Made by a program: the position numbers and the translations under genes. The notes under the pieces are model-generated. The model worked only from the letters and a program-made list of their open reading frames with translations. It searched no databases and had not been told where the DNA came from. 64,000 nt of DNA from a virus (lineage: Duplodnaviria; Caudoviricetes): positions 13,003 through 77,002 of the IMG/VR virus record IMGVR_UViG_3300012952_003943; one strand, given 5' to 3'. Positions 55,856 through 64,000 of the stretch are shown in pieces; the first letter of the stretch is position 1; each line of letters begins with the position of its first letter.

Positions 55856-56670
55856 TTGCTAAATCCTCTAAGCTTGTTAAATACGAAATCAACCTCCGGC
55901 ATTTTAATGCTATTATCAATACATGCAGTTAACAGCCACCCCACAAACTCCCTCTTTCTTTTTTGACGATCCGGAAAGTTTCTTGTGCTAGCGCCGCCGT
56001 AGTGCAAAAAAGAGCTCTCTAGTATTTCTATCCTAAACTCTTCATCATATTTTTCCAGCACTTCATTGCATAATACATGCATGTTAGAATTGCATGAATG
56101 GATGTGTGATGTATGCCGTATGCCCTTAAGGTTTATACCCCTATTTTCATTTAAGTAATGCCACATGATGCCTCCTGCATCAACATTAAACCCCCTAACG
56201 ATGCCGCAATACACGTTAAAGTCTTCTTTGTTTGGCATCAGTGGAATATTCATAAAAAGTAATCCAGGCCAAAAATACTCTATAGGCCCCCTGTGTTGAG
56301 GTACACCGCACAACGCATTATTGCCGACAAAGCTAGATATGCTAAAATCTCTTATAGCAAACATGTCTGAATCGACAAATACACAGATATCGTCAACATA
56401 CTTGTCTAGAATAATATTGTCATATGCCCACTGCATAACAGCTGAGTGTGCAACTGCTGCGCTGCTATGGATTAAAGACTTTGGAACCTCGACACATTCA
56501 ACTGACAGCTCTTGACATACTTTAGATATTTCACTAACCAGATCTGGATCAAGACCGTCATTTAAGACGATGTAATCATAGTCATCATCTAAAAATCTCT
56601 CAAACGTTTTTGCCTGTAGCTTTATAAACTCTGGATTATTACAGACAGGTGAAAATATTCGAACTTTCAT
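55852..56670 (-). CDS. Putative GT-A glycosyltransferase (272 aa)
   Basis: IFSPVCNNPEFIKLQ; VFVDSDMF (DxD); YFWPGLLF; cluster context. Confidence 0.55.
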   Translation of the reverse strand: MKVRIFSPVCNNPEFIKLQAKTFERFLDDDYDYIVLNDGLDPDLVSEISKVCQELSVECVEVPKSLIHSSAAVAHSAVMQWAYDNIILDKYVDDICVFVDSDMFAIRDFSISSFVGNNALCGVPQHRGPIEYFWPGLLFMNIPLMPNKEDFNVYCGIVRGFNVDAGGIMWHYLNENRGINLKGIRHTSHIHSCNSNMHVLCNEVLEKYDEEFRIEILESSFLHYGGASTRNFPDRQKRKREFVGWLLTACIDNSIKMPEVDFVFNKLRGFSK

Positions 56671-57395
56671 TTTTTTGCCCCATGCTCAAACCCTGTATTT
56701 TGATATAGGTACTGCATGATGTTTCTTACATGATGAACAATTGAAGGATCATATTCTTCATTGTGCCATACAGTATAGTCAAGCAATACCTCATCTAAAT
56801 TTGCAAAATGATACCACTTACAACACTTTAGCCAAAAATGATAATCCTCAGCAAACCTATAGTGGCCATCGTATGTACCGGCTCTTAATAATATTCTCTT
56901 TCGAAAAACGACGGTGGGGTGTACTATAGAATTATTTCCAGACAGTAATTTCCCCTTAATTTCGACATCCGTTGTGGGGTGTACTAATGATGCACTAATT
57001 GGCATACCGGTACCATCGACTTGTCGCATTTGCGTCCCTACGATGTCTATATCCGGATTTTTATCTAAGAACTCAACTTGTTTTTTTAGCTTTTCAGGAT
57101 ACCAAAGGTCATCACCGTCTTGCCTTGCAATTAGTTCTCCCTCACAATGTTGTATGCCGGTATTAAGCGTCGGAACTATACCTGGAATATCGCACTGCAG
57201 GATCTTCAATGTTTGGCTGTGGCCCTTATAGTCATCTAAAATGCTCTCAGTTCGGTCTGTGCAATTATTTAGTACTGCGACAACTTCAAAGTCATTATAA
57301 TCCTGACTGTATACTGAGTCGAGCGATCTCCTAAGTGTTGATTCACAATTGTGTAGGGGAATTAAAACTGATACTCTCGGCATAGGGTTACTCAC
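56667..57395 (-). CDS. GT2 glycosyltransferase (242 aa)
   Basis: VSVLIPLHN; NNCTD; IARQDGDDLW; AEDYHFW. Start is GTG 57395 or ATG 57383. Confidence 0.9.
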   Translation of the reverse strand: MSNPMPRVSVLIPLHNCESTLRRSLDSVYSQDYNDFEVVAVLNNCTDRTESILDDYKGHSQTLKILQCDIPGIVPTLNTGIQHCEGELIARQDGDDLWYPEKLKKQVEFLDKNPDIDIVGTQMRQVDGTGMPISASLVHPTTDVEIKGKLLSGNNSIVHPTVVFRKRILLRAGTYDGHYRFAEDYHFWLKCCKWYHFANLDEVLLDYTVWHNEEYDPSIVHHVRNIMQYLYQNTGFEHGAKK

Positions 57396-58245
57396 ACTCG
57401 ATATCTAGTTTTACCCAGCTATCCGGACGAAGATCTTCTGTGTTGACATGGTCAGCCTGAAACCACTTAAGCGGTGTTACGACGGTGGGGTTACCACTAT
57501 TCATCCATGCTGCCCACCAAGCAAAGCTGCTGTTGGGAATGATAAAGTCCTTACACATACTCATGAGCTTCATGTACTGCCCAAACTTTTTTCCTTTATG
57601 TTCATGGCCAACGAATGTGGTATCATAGCCAGTCACTATATTTTTTTCACACCACTCTACATCGTCAGAAAAAACAAAGAAGTGTGGGTCACTGTTCTTT
57701 TCCAAAATATAAGGAAGAGAGGCTTTAACGTAATCCTGCCCATAGAACCCATGAAAAGGAGCATTTTTTTCGTTATGAACAAAATCTGCGCGCCTAATAT
57801 TAATGCATACTGAATTCGTGGAAGTTATTTGTGATGCTAACTCAACTGAATTTTCTTGCATATCTTCCTTCAATGAGAATTCCTGCAGCAGCGTTTTCCT
57901 AATTTCGTCTACGTACTGGTGCTTTTGAAAATATCCTTCAAGGTAAAAATCATAACCTGAATACTCATCACACTGTTGCAGTAGGCCAGGAATATAGTCA
58001 CAACTGGCGTTTTCTCTTAACAGTACAGCATTATGAAGCTTGTCCTGTTGCGTAAATGTAGTTGCATTGATGTTAAAAATGTCTAAATCAAAGTCTCTCA
58101 TTACAAAATCCTTATCGCGATTTGTGTCTTTAAGAAAACTTAGATCAAGCTTAAGCTCTTGACCATACCTCAAGGAAATCGATCTTCCTAAGGCATATTG
58201 AAACATTTGATTTCCCATCCCACCCATAAGCTTAACTACAATCAT
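57388..58245 (-). CDS. GT11 alpha-1,2-fucosyltransferase family (about 285 aa)
   Basis: GGMGNQMFQYA; GYFQ; INIRRADF; VFSDDVEWC; IIPNSSFAWWAAW. Probable ATG at 58245. Confidence 0.92.
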   Translation of the reverse strand: MIVVKLMGGMGNQMFQYALGRSISLRYGQELKLDLSFLKDTNRDKDFVMRDFDLDIFNINATTFTQQDKLHNAVLLRENASCDYIPGLLQQCDEYSGYDFYLEGYFQKHQYVDEIRKTLLQEFSLKEDMQENSVELASQITSTNSVCINIRRADFVHNEKNAPFHGFYGQDYVKASLPYILEKNSDPHFFVFSDDVEWCEKNIVTGYDTTFVGHEHKGKKFGQYMKLMSMCKDFIIPNSSFAWWAAWMNSGNPTVVTPLKWFQADHVNTEDLRPDSWVKLDIECE

Positions 58246-59293
58246 TTTTTGCAACCTCAATCATTTCTTTTAAAATACTATCAATATTGTATTCATACTT
58301 CCAATCTGGATAATCAGCTTGAAACTTTCTTACATCACTCACGTACCATATATGATCACCGACCCTGTTGTTTTCAGAGACTGAATATTCTAGACGGCAA
58401 CCGGATATATCTTGTATTTTCTGGATCGCCTCGAGCATTGATACGTTGGAATGGGTAGAGCCTCCCATATTATAAACCTTTCCAGGACGAGGGGCATTAC
58501 AGTAGTTCCAAATAGCAGAGACAAAATCATGGCTATGAATGTTGTCACGAACCTGTTTCCCTTTATAACCAAACACAGTGTATGGATTTTTGTTGACTGC
58601 GCATAAGACAAGATATGACAAAAAACCATGTAGTTGAGCGCCTGAATGTGCAGGGCCTGTCAGGCAACCCCCGCGTAGACAAACTGTATTGAGATCAAAA
58701 TACCTACCATACTCTTGAACATATAGATCTGCAGATAGCTTGCTAGCACCAAATAGGCTATGAGTGCACATGTCAATCGACATGGATTCATCAATACCAT
58801 AGTCCCTATAGCTTGGTTCAACAGGAGTATATCTATAATCACCCTCAATCAAAGCAATCTTATTGGGGTTGTCGCCATATACCTTATTTGTGCTAGTATA
58901 CACAAACCTAGAGTGAGGACAATACCTTCTATAGCTTTCTAAAAGATAAAGCGTTGCCGTAGAATTAACAGAATAGTCAGTTAGTGGCTCTTTTGCTGCC
59001 CAGTCATGGGACGGTTGCGCAGCTGTATGAATGACTGCGTATGTGTTGTGGCCGTACTTTTTAAACAGTTCGTCAAGTTTAAGCTGGTCCCTAATATCAA
59101 TGTCATAATGTGTGTACTTAATACCTAATGAATGTAAAGACTCTTTTGATTTTGTTGTGCTAGCGCTTGGGCCGAAAAAATACGATCTCATATCGTTGTC
59201 AATTCCAACAACATGATAACCCTTAAGTCCAAAAAACTTAGCCGCCTCCGACCCAATTAGCCCGTGGGCTCCTGTGACGATTACTGTTTCCAT
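58232..59293 (-). CDS. CDP-paratose 2-epimerase (CDP-tyvelose synthase)-like SDR
   Basis: IVTGAHGLIG; HTAAQPSHD; TSTNKVYG; FGASKLSADLYVQEYGR; GKQVRD. Confidence 0.85.
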   Translation of the reverse strand: METVIVTGAHGLIGSEAAKFFGLKGYHVVGIDNDMRSYFFGPSASTTKSKESLHSLGIKYTHYDIDIRDQLKLDELFKKYGHNTYAVIHTAAQPSHDWAAKEPLTDYSVNSTATLYLLESYRRYCPHSRFVYTSTNKVYGDNPNKIALIEGDYRYTPVEPSYRDYGIDESMSIDMCTHSLFGASKLSADLYVQEYGRYFDLNTVCLRGGCLTGPAHSGAQLHGFLSYLVLCAVNKNPYTVFGYKGKQVRDNIHSHDFVSAIWNYCNAPRPGKVYNMGGSTHSNVSMLEAIQKIQDISGCRLEYSVSENNRVGDHIWYVSDVRKFQADYPDWKYEYNIDSILKEMIEVAKNDCS

Positions 59294-60099
59294 CAGCGAT
59301 CCTTTGTGAAAAGCTCTAAATCAGAATGTGCCCCTCTATTTAAGACTTTTTTGTATGAAGCAACATCAATTTTTTTCCCCTTCACCCAATACTCATTTAG
59401 CAAAAAGTCAGAGTCTTCTAGACCACACCGATTCTGGTGAGTATCCTGAACCCTGTTGATCGGTAAATTAACAAGGCTCGATAGTGTATGGCAAACCATG
59501 CCTTGTTGCATATCCGGGACATTCATTAGGACCTGAATTGCATCCTCGAATGTATTGGGATTATTAAAGCTAAGATTGCTTATCATATGAGCAAAATGGT
59601 TTTTGCGAAATATGTGACCATCTACAGAAAATGGATACCCCCAATCATATGTGCCTTCTCTCCAGTTCCATACAAACATGTTAGGAGGAACTATTTGTCC
59701 AGGGGGAAAAGGTTGCTCTTTATTAACTGACCAGCATTCATGAATGTGAAGGCCCATCCTCAATGAAAAGGCTAAAATTTGATCATTTGATCCAAGAACG
59801 ACGCCTATGTTTTGCAAATTGACATTATCCTTAAAAATAATGTCATCAGTTAAAAATGCGACATAATCTTTAGGGGATGACAGGAACTCCTTCACGTCTG
59901 GCTCAAAATTAACTTCATCAATAAAATTGTGGTTAGGGAATGCGTTCATAACATCATTAAGACTATCAACGTGATGTACATCATATCTGCAAAGGATGCT
60001 AACATTGACAAGCGACATGTCAAAATACATGTCCATAGACTCTAGCAAAGCGTATAATTGAAGTGCTCTATTTCTAGAAAATATCATTATATCTATCAT
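59293..60099 (-). CDS. Putative GT-A glycosyltransferase (268 aa)
   Basis: IFSRNRALQL; FLTDDIIF; WGYPFSVDGHIF; cluster context. Confidence 0.6.
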   Translation of the reverse strand: MIDIMIFSRNRALQLYALLESMDMYFDMSLVNVSILCRYDVHHVDSLNDVMNAFPNHNFIDEVNFEPDVKEFLSSPKDYVAFLTDDIIFKDNVNLQNIGVVLGSNDQILAFSLRMGLHIHECWSVNKEQPFPPGQIVPPNMFVWNWREGTYDWGYPFSVDGHIFRKNHFAHMISNLSFNNPNTFEDAIQVLMNVPDMQQGMVCHTLSSLVNLPINRVQDTHQNRCGLEDSDFLLNEYWVKGKKIDVASYKKVLNRGAHSDLELFTKDR

Positions 60100-60977
60100 A
60101 GCATCACCCTCATAATGTTTTCAATCCTATTAATATAGGTGTGCCTATCTTTTATGAGATTGAATACTTCTTTCCGCTGTTTTGTACTAGCCGTAGAAAA
60201 ATCATTAGACGCCTTAAAAAACAGGTCACGACAATCAGCGTCATAAGTTATTTTTTCTTCTAAAAGATCGTATACTGCCTTAGAATTAGTAATCCCCATA
60301 TGCCCATAGCTAATGTTTTTGAATATTCTGCATGGTATATATCCATTCTTGACTTGCCATGCACCCTGTAGGGCTGGTGCAAGATAAGAGCTCCTTATTA
60401 GCTCTCTACCTTGAATGTGATCAACGCCGGTACTGACTGAAAATTGAATTCCGTTTTCATGTGCAGCTTCTGCAAAGCGGCGCACTTCGTTAATATTACC
60501 ATGCTCACCCTGCATGATACTTCCAACCCAGTTACATTGAGGTGTTAAAGTACTGTTGTGATCAATAATTTGCATTGATTCAATCTCATGAGGAAGAAGG
60601 TCGGTAGCCCATGGCTGGTATAGAGTATTGGTATCATGTTCAAAATACTCACACTCAGCTAGCTTTTCTACATTACGATTAAGTACGTCATGTGAATATA
60701 CCTGTAATGTCTTATACTCTACATTTCCATCATCATATTTTCTAGAATCACAGTTATGAAGCAAATAAATGCATGTATCATTTACAGGAAGATGAGAATC
60801 TACCTGCCCTTCTGTTATGATAAATGAGTTATTGGGGATTGAGTTTTCCGGCTTATTATCAATCCACTCTACATCATATCCCATGCTATTAAACGCTTTA
60901 TGATAAGCATAATGAATATAAGAGTGCGTATGAGAATGTAACGGGTGACCCCATATCACTATTTTTTTATTTTTCAT
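60096..60977 (-). CDS. Putative GT-B glycosyltransferase (CgeB/DUF3880-like, 293 aa)
   Basis: YQPWATDL; YIPCRIFKNISYG; HTYINRI C-terminus typical of this group. Confidence 0.6.
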   Translation of the reverse strand: MKNKKIVIWGHPLHSHTHSYIHYAYHKAFNSMGYDVEWIDNKPENSIPNNSFIITEGQVDSHLPVNDTCIYLLHNCDSRKYDDGNVEYKTLQVYSHDVLNRNVEKLAECEYFEHDTNTLYQPWATDLLPHEIESMQIIDHNSTLTPQCNWVGSIMQGEHGNINEVRRFAEAAHENGIQFSVSTGVDHIQGRELIRSSYLAPALQGAWQVKNGYIPCRIFKNISYGHMGITNSKAVYDLLEEKITYDADCRDLFFKASNDFSTASTKQRKEVFNLIKDRHTYINRIENIMRVML

Positions 60978-62895
60978 TTAGCCACCGATTGATAACAGCA
61001 GGGGGCTCTGTTGATAGAGTAACGTAGGGAGTAGGAGAAGAAAAGTCAACCGGTGCATGAAAGACCCAGCCTCCCATCTTTTCAGCTAAATCCTCTGCTA
61101 AAGTAGCAACATCATCATCCGTAACTTCAGACCATGGTTTTTGAAAAAACATATTATTTTCAGCAGTATCATCCTGAGCAATATCATACAGGCTTTCCCA
61201 ATGCTTTTGCCAATAGTTTCTATATGTGTTAATTTTTCTCTCAAGGTTGAACCACGAATAGTGGTGAATGCCGGGAAGCATTTCCATATTTCTCTCTAGC
61301 CACTGCCCATACTGAGGAAGTATATCTGTGTTTCCGGCTAACACTGCTAACCGAGCCTGGTGCACCTCCTGTGTATAGAAACTAGCATGGGGTATAACTT
61401 CATGTGTTTCTGTGTGGATATAATCACAACCATCAGTGCCTGGTGCTGCATGCATGTTTCCATCATCGTCGTATCTTTGTAGTTGCTTAGGAATTCCATG
61501 CGTAATGTGCGGAACATTTTTTGACACCCTCCACTTCCATGGATTGACATCGACACGAACCTTTTCATGCGAACCCCAGTACTCAACCACAGGCAAAGAT
61601 ACTAGCTCAACTCCTGATGGGAATTTTCTTACGAGATCAACTACCTTTTCATAGTCGTTTTCATGTACTACTTCGTCTGCATCTTGTTGCCAAAGGTAGT
61701 CTGATGTGCATCTTTTTCTAGCTTCTGCTTTTTGTGCACCGTCAAATACGGCAAATCGAGGATGATCCCAATCTCTTTTAACCTGATAGACTTTTAGCTT
61801 GCTTTCTTTCTCTGACCAGGCCTGTAGTTCTTCCCATGTACCATCATCTGAACCACCATCAACGACAACAACTTCATTTGCAAAGCCGATCATCGATTGG
61901 ATTGATTCTCGCCATGGATAGTTATGTTGAATGCAGTTTAAAGTCGTCGTATATCCTGAAACTGTGGGTGTATAGTTCATGTCCATTTTAATTGCATCCC
62001 AAAATCTTTGACGTGCCGCATACAGATATGCCTCTGTATCAAACGGATCATCAGAATTAAACCATATTTCATCGCGGTGTTGAACATGATCGTTAATTAC
62101 TAGCTCACACCCCAATATTTTTGCCTCTATAACCATTCTGGGACATGTATCATCACCTTCAGGTAGATACACAAACCCTTCTGCTTGAGCTAGTTTTTCT
62201 AGAACTTCCTCATACGGAACGTTCCATAGAACTTCGTATTCCTTGCCGTTGTCCTTGCACCACTGCTCTGCAGCATCTGCACCCTTAATCCAGCTAGTTG
62301 ATCCCAGAGTTATCCAACCCTTTTTTTCTGTGCCAGCGTACTTTTCCTTAAGAATTTTTGTAGTGAGAAAAAATGCGTCATTAAAAACTGAGCTTAGAAC
62401 AACGTTGTTATTTTCCTCTAAAAACGGAAAGCGTTCAAAGTACTTGTCCATTTGCTTTTCTGACATCCACCACAACGATCTTGCAGCATGATAAAAAGCT
62501 GATATCATTTTTCCATGAGGCTGTTCATGGCAATCGCACTCTGAATTTTCTATGACTTTATGTTTTTCTGTTGAGCGATACTTGCAAAACTTGTAATCAT
62601 ATTCTAGAACTGCATAGCTCATATTCGCTATGATCGTAGGGATCAGTTCTAAGTTCATTGCTGAGTAATTTCCAAAAACCCAAAACAGTCCCTGACCTTG
62701 TTCAAGGTTCTGAAGGTTAACGTCTTTAGAACGAAGCTTAAAAACTTCTAGAGGGCTGGATTCGATCAGCGCCTCAGATGTCAGTTCTGCTCCGCCTACG
62801 TAATCATCTACAAACATATCAGAGACAAAAACCACTTCAGTCCCTGCTGGTATACTAACGTTCGGTTGCATATTTCCAAACGGACTATTCAACAT
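60967..62895 (-). CDS. Bi-domain glycosyltransferase (N-terminal GT-B-like plus C-terminal GT2), 642 aa
   Basis: N-half FVYLPEGDDTCPRMVIEAKILG; C-half VVVVDGGSDDGT, QKAEARKRC, WQQDADE; SD AAGGAG. Confidence 0.8.
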   Translation of the reverse strand: MLNSPFGNMQPNVSIPAGTEVVFVSDMFVDDYVGGAELTSEALIESSPLEVFKLRSKDVNLQNLEQGQGLFWVFGNYSAMNLELIPTIIANMSYAVLEYDYKFCKYRSTEKHKVIENSECDCHEQPHGKMISAFYHAARSLWWMSEKQMDKYFERFPFLEENNNVVLSSVFNDAFFLTTKILKEKYAGTEKKGWITLGSTSWIKGADAAEQWCKDNGKEYEVLWNVPYEEVLEKLAQAEGFVYLPEGDDTCPRMVIEAKILGCELVINDHVQHRDEIWFNSDDPFDTEAYLYAARQRFWDAIKMDMNYTPTVSGYTTTLNCIQHNYPWRESIQSMIGFANEVVVVDGGSDDGTWEELQAWSEKESKLKVYQVKRDWDHPRFAVFDGAQKAEARKRCTSDYLWQQDADEVVHENDYEKVVDLVRKFPSGVELVSLPVVEYWGSHEKVRVDVNPWKWRVSKNVPHITHGIPKQLQRYDDDGNMHAAPGTDGCDYIHTETHEVIPHASFYTQEVHQARLAVLAGNTDILPQYGQWLERNMEMLPGIHHYSWFNLERKINTYRNYWQKHWESLYDIAQDDTAENNMFFQKPWSEVTDDDVATLAEDLAEKMGGWVFHAPVDFSSPTPYVTLSTEPPAVINRWLNEK

Positions 62896-62949
62896 TTAAC
62901 TGCTCCTTTTTCGGATCTATGAGATCAATCAACCTACCAATCGTATCCC

Positions 62950-62981
62950 AAAAAAAAATCATGTACAGGATTATACATGAT
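62950..62981 (-). terminator. Possible intrinsic terminator or regulatory hairpin
   Basis: On the minus strand ATCATGTA-TAATCCTG-TACATGAT (perfect 8 bp stem) followed by a T run (9 A on the plus strand, 62950-62958). The stem is AT-rich and weak. Confidence 0.4.
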
Positions 62982-63002
62982 TTAGTTTACAGATAGACTA
63001 TA

Positions 63003-63098
63003 GATCAAGGATCAGGATCAGGAATGAATCAGTCAACAGCTAATCAGTATTACTAGATCTAATATTCTAATATCTAATATTCTAATTCTAATTATCAG
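63003..63098. repeat. AT-rich short direct repeats (TCTAAT x5, ATCAG x5)
   Basis: TCTAAT at 63058, 63066, 63073, 63081, 63087; ATCAG at 63011, 63017, 63028, 63043, 63094. Confidence 0.75.
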
Positions 63099-63107
63099 AT
63101 TCAGCTA

Positions 63108-64000
63108 TTAGTTAGGCTTAATTTCGACGCCGATTATGACGTCTTTCATGCTATTGGTTGAACCGGCACTGGGGGAGAATACAAATTGTAGCACATCACC
63201 TTTCGAAAATGTAAGGCTGGAAGACAGTGTAACGTTGATTGTTTCTACATCCGGATACCCGGTCGGCCCTGTAATCTTAGTACTAAAGCTGTCTCCAGCA
63301 AATCCAGAACTACCGCCACCGGTCATTGTTGATGCACTAGGGCTTGTGTAGTTTCCACTAGCTCCAGCATTTTTGTATACGTTTATTCCCATGTTCGAAC
63401 CCCATCCGGATGTTGTTACAGCATCCCATGCGCTGACCGTTATACCTCCAACTTCACCATCGAAGGGCATTACTACATACGTCTTAATATCCTTAAGGAA
63501 ATCGCCTGTTGCTGAAGATCCCATAACGGTCGACATCATATATTGGGCTGACATCGCACTAGAGCTGGGATTAACTGACGCATATAGCTGAATCAAATGT
63601 ACATTCTCATCATCACCAGCACTGATATCACCAATCTCACACTCATCGATAACATCCCAGTATCCTGCAAAACCCCATGCACCACCACCCTCACGGGATA
63701 TGAATGTGGCAGTGCACTTTGCCGGCAGGGTATAAATCCCTAATTGGGCACCACCCTGCTCTACTAACCCTGTCAGGCTCCCTGTGGTCAAAAATAAGTT
63801 TCCAGTATTTATTCCCGGGATATCCGCATCACGATCTGAGCCAGAGATAATTAGGCCGGCACTAGTGCTTTGGTTCTTGACTGTCATCATGGTACCAGCA
63901 CCGACGCCCCAAGGCGAAGTGAAAATAGGAGGCATGACTAGCTTATTGCCGCTTGATGCGACGCTAGCATCGGCTGTTACCCCTCTTGTGCCGGATAGGT
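63108..64000 (-). CDS. C-terminal part of a probable virion/fibre protein; 5' end lies outside the window
   Basis: The frame stays open upstream of ATG 63935 to the window end (LSGTRGVTADASVASSGNKLV-MPP...). The C-terminus ...LTFSKGDVLQFV...VIIGVEI resembles a beta-sandwich fibre tip. Confidence 0.65.
   Translation of the reverse strand, partial: LSGTRGVTADASVASSGNKLVMPPIFTSPWGVGAGTMMTVKNQSTSAGLIISGSDRDADIPGINTGNLFLTTGSLTGLVEQGGAQLGIYTLPAKCTATFISREGGGAWGFAGYWDVIDECEIGDISAGDDENVHLIQLYASVNPSSSAMSAQYMMSTVMGSSATGDFLKDIKTYVVMPFDGEVGGITVSAWDAVTTSGWGSNMGINVYKNAGASGNYTSPSASTMTGGGSSGFAGDSFSTKITGPTGYPDVETINVTLSSSLTFSKGDVLQFVFSPSAGSTNSMKDVIIGVEIKPN

Noticed and set aside
34656-62895. Bacterial O-antigen/capsule locus or serotype-conversion cassette
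   Set aside because: No flippase, polymerase, chain-length regulator, exporter or lipid-carrier transferase; packing and strand are continuous with phage sigma and baseplate genes. Chimerism cannot be fully excluded without reads.
1659-63591. Plus-strand ORFs in the track (up to 240 aa, e.g. 16632-17354, 4719-5270) and short nested minus-strand ORFs
   Set aside because: All overlap long, motif-bearing minus-strand CDSs, lack recognisable motifs, and are the expected shadow ORFs.
1-64000. Eukaryotic giant virus (NCLDV) origin suggested by the sugar pathways
   Set aside because: Shine-Dalgarno motifs, operon-style overlaps, a sigma factor and T4-like baseplate genes indicate a bacteriophage.
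1-64000. Alternative genetic code (stop-codon reassignment, seen in some huge phages)
   Set aside because: TAG, TGA and TAA all end genes at tight junctions (e.g. TAGTG at 33217-33221, ATGA at 45202-45205), and coding density is already near complete.
1-64000. tRNA, rRNA, intron, intein, transposase or integrase
   Set aside because: No cloverleaf, splice motif, homing endonuclease or recombinase signature was recognised, and the intergenic gaps are too short or low-complexity.

Overview
The window is a segment of a large (jumbo/huge) tailed phage with a contractile, T4-like tail. All 54 supportable CDSs lie on the minus strand, are tightly packed (many TAATG, ATGA or TAGTG junctions) and mostly have Shine-Dalgarno motifs. 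TAA, TAG and TGA are all used as stops, so the code is standard. 1-33219 is a virion morphogenesis block: LamG-, FN3- and Ig-like giant proteins, a repeat-containing tail fibre, and T4 gp6-, gp25- and gp5-like baseplate proteins. 33219-34650 holds a gp55-like late sigma factor and two small conserved-looking genes. 34656-62895 is a 28 kb, 34-gene glycan biosynthesis cluster: GDP-fucose and dTDP-rhamnose pathways, UDP-GlcNAc 2-epimerase, a partial GDP-heptose pathway, an amino-sugar aminotransferase, two N-formyltransferases, a sulfotransferase, a methyltransferase, an SGNH hydrolase and 13 glycosyltransferase genes including ABO-type GT6, GT11 and a GT-D-like enzyme. It has no flippase, polymerase, exporter or lipid-carrier transferase. 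The leading hypothesis (inference) is a phage-encoded virion protein O-glycosylation system. A specific subset of the structural proteins is strongly enriched for an [S/T]-G-S motif that is almost absent from the enzymes and is a candidate sequon. Family assignments come from motif recognition only; no database searches were run, and motif counts are manual.
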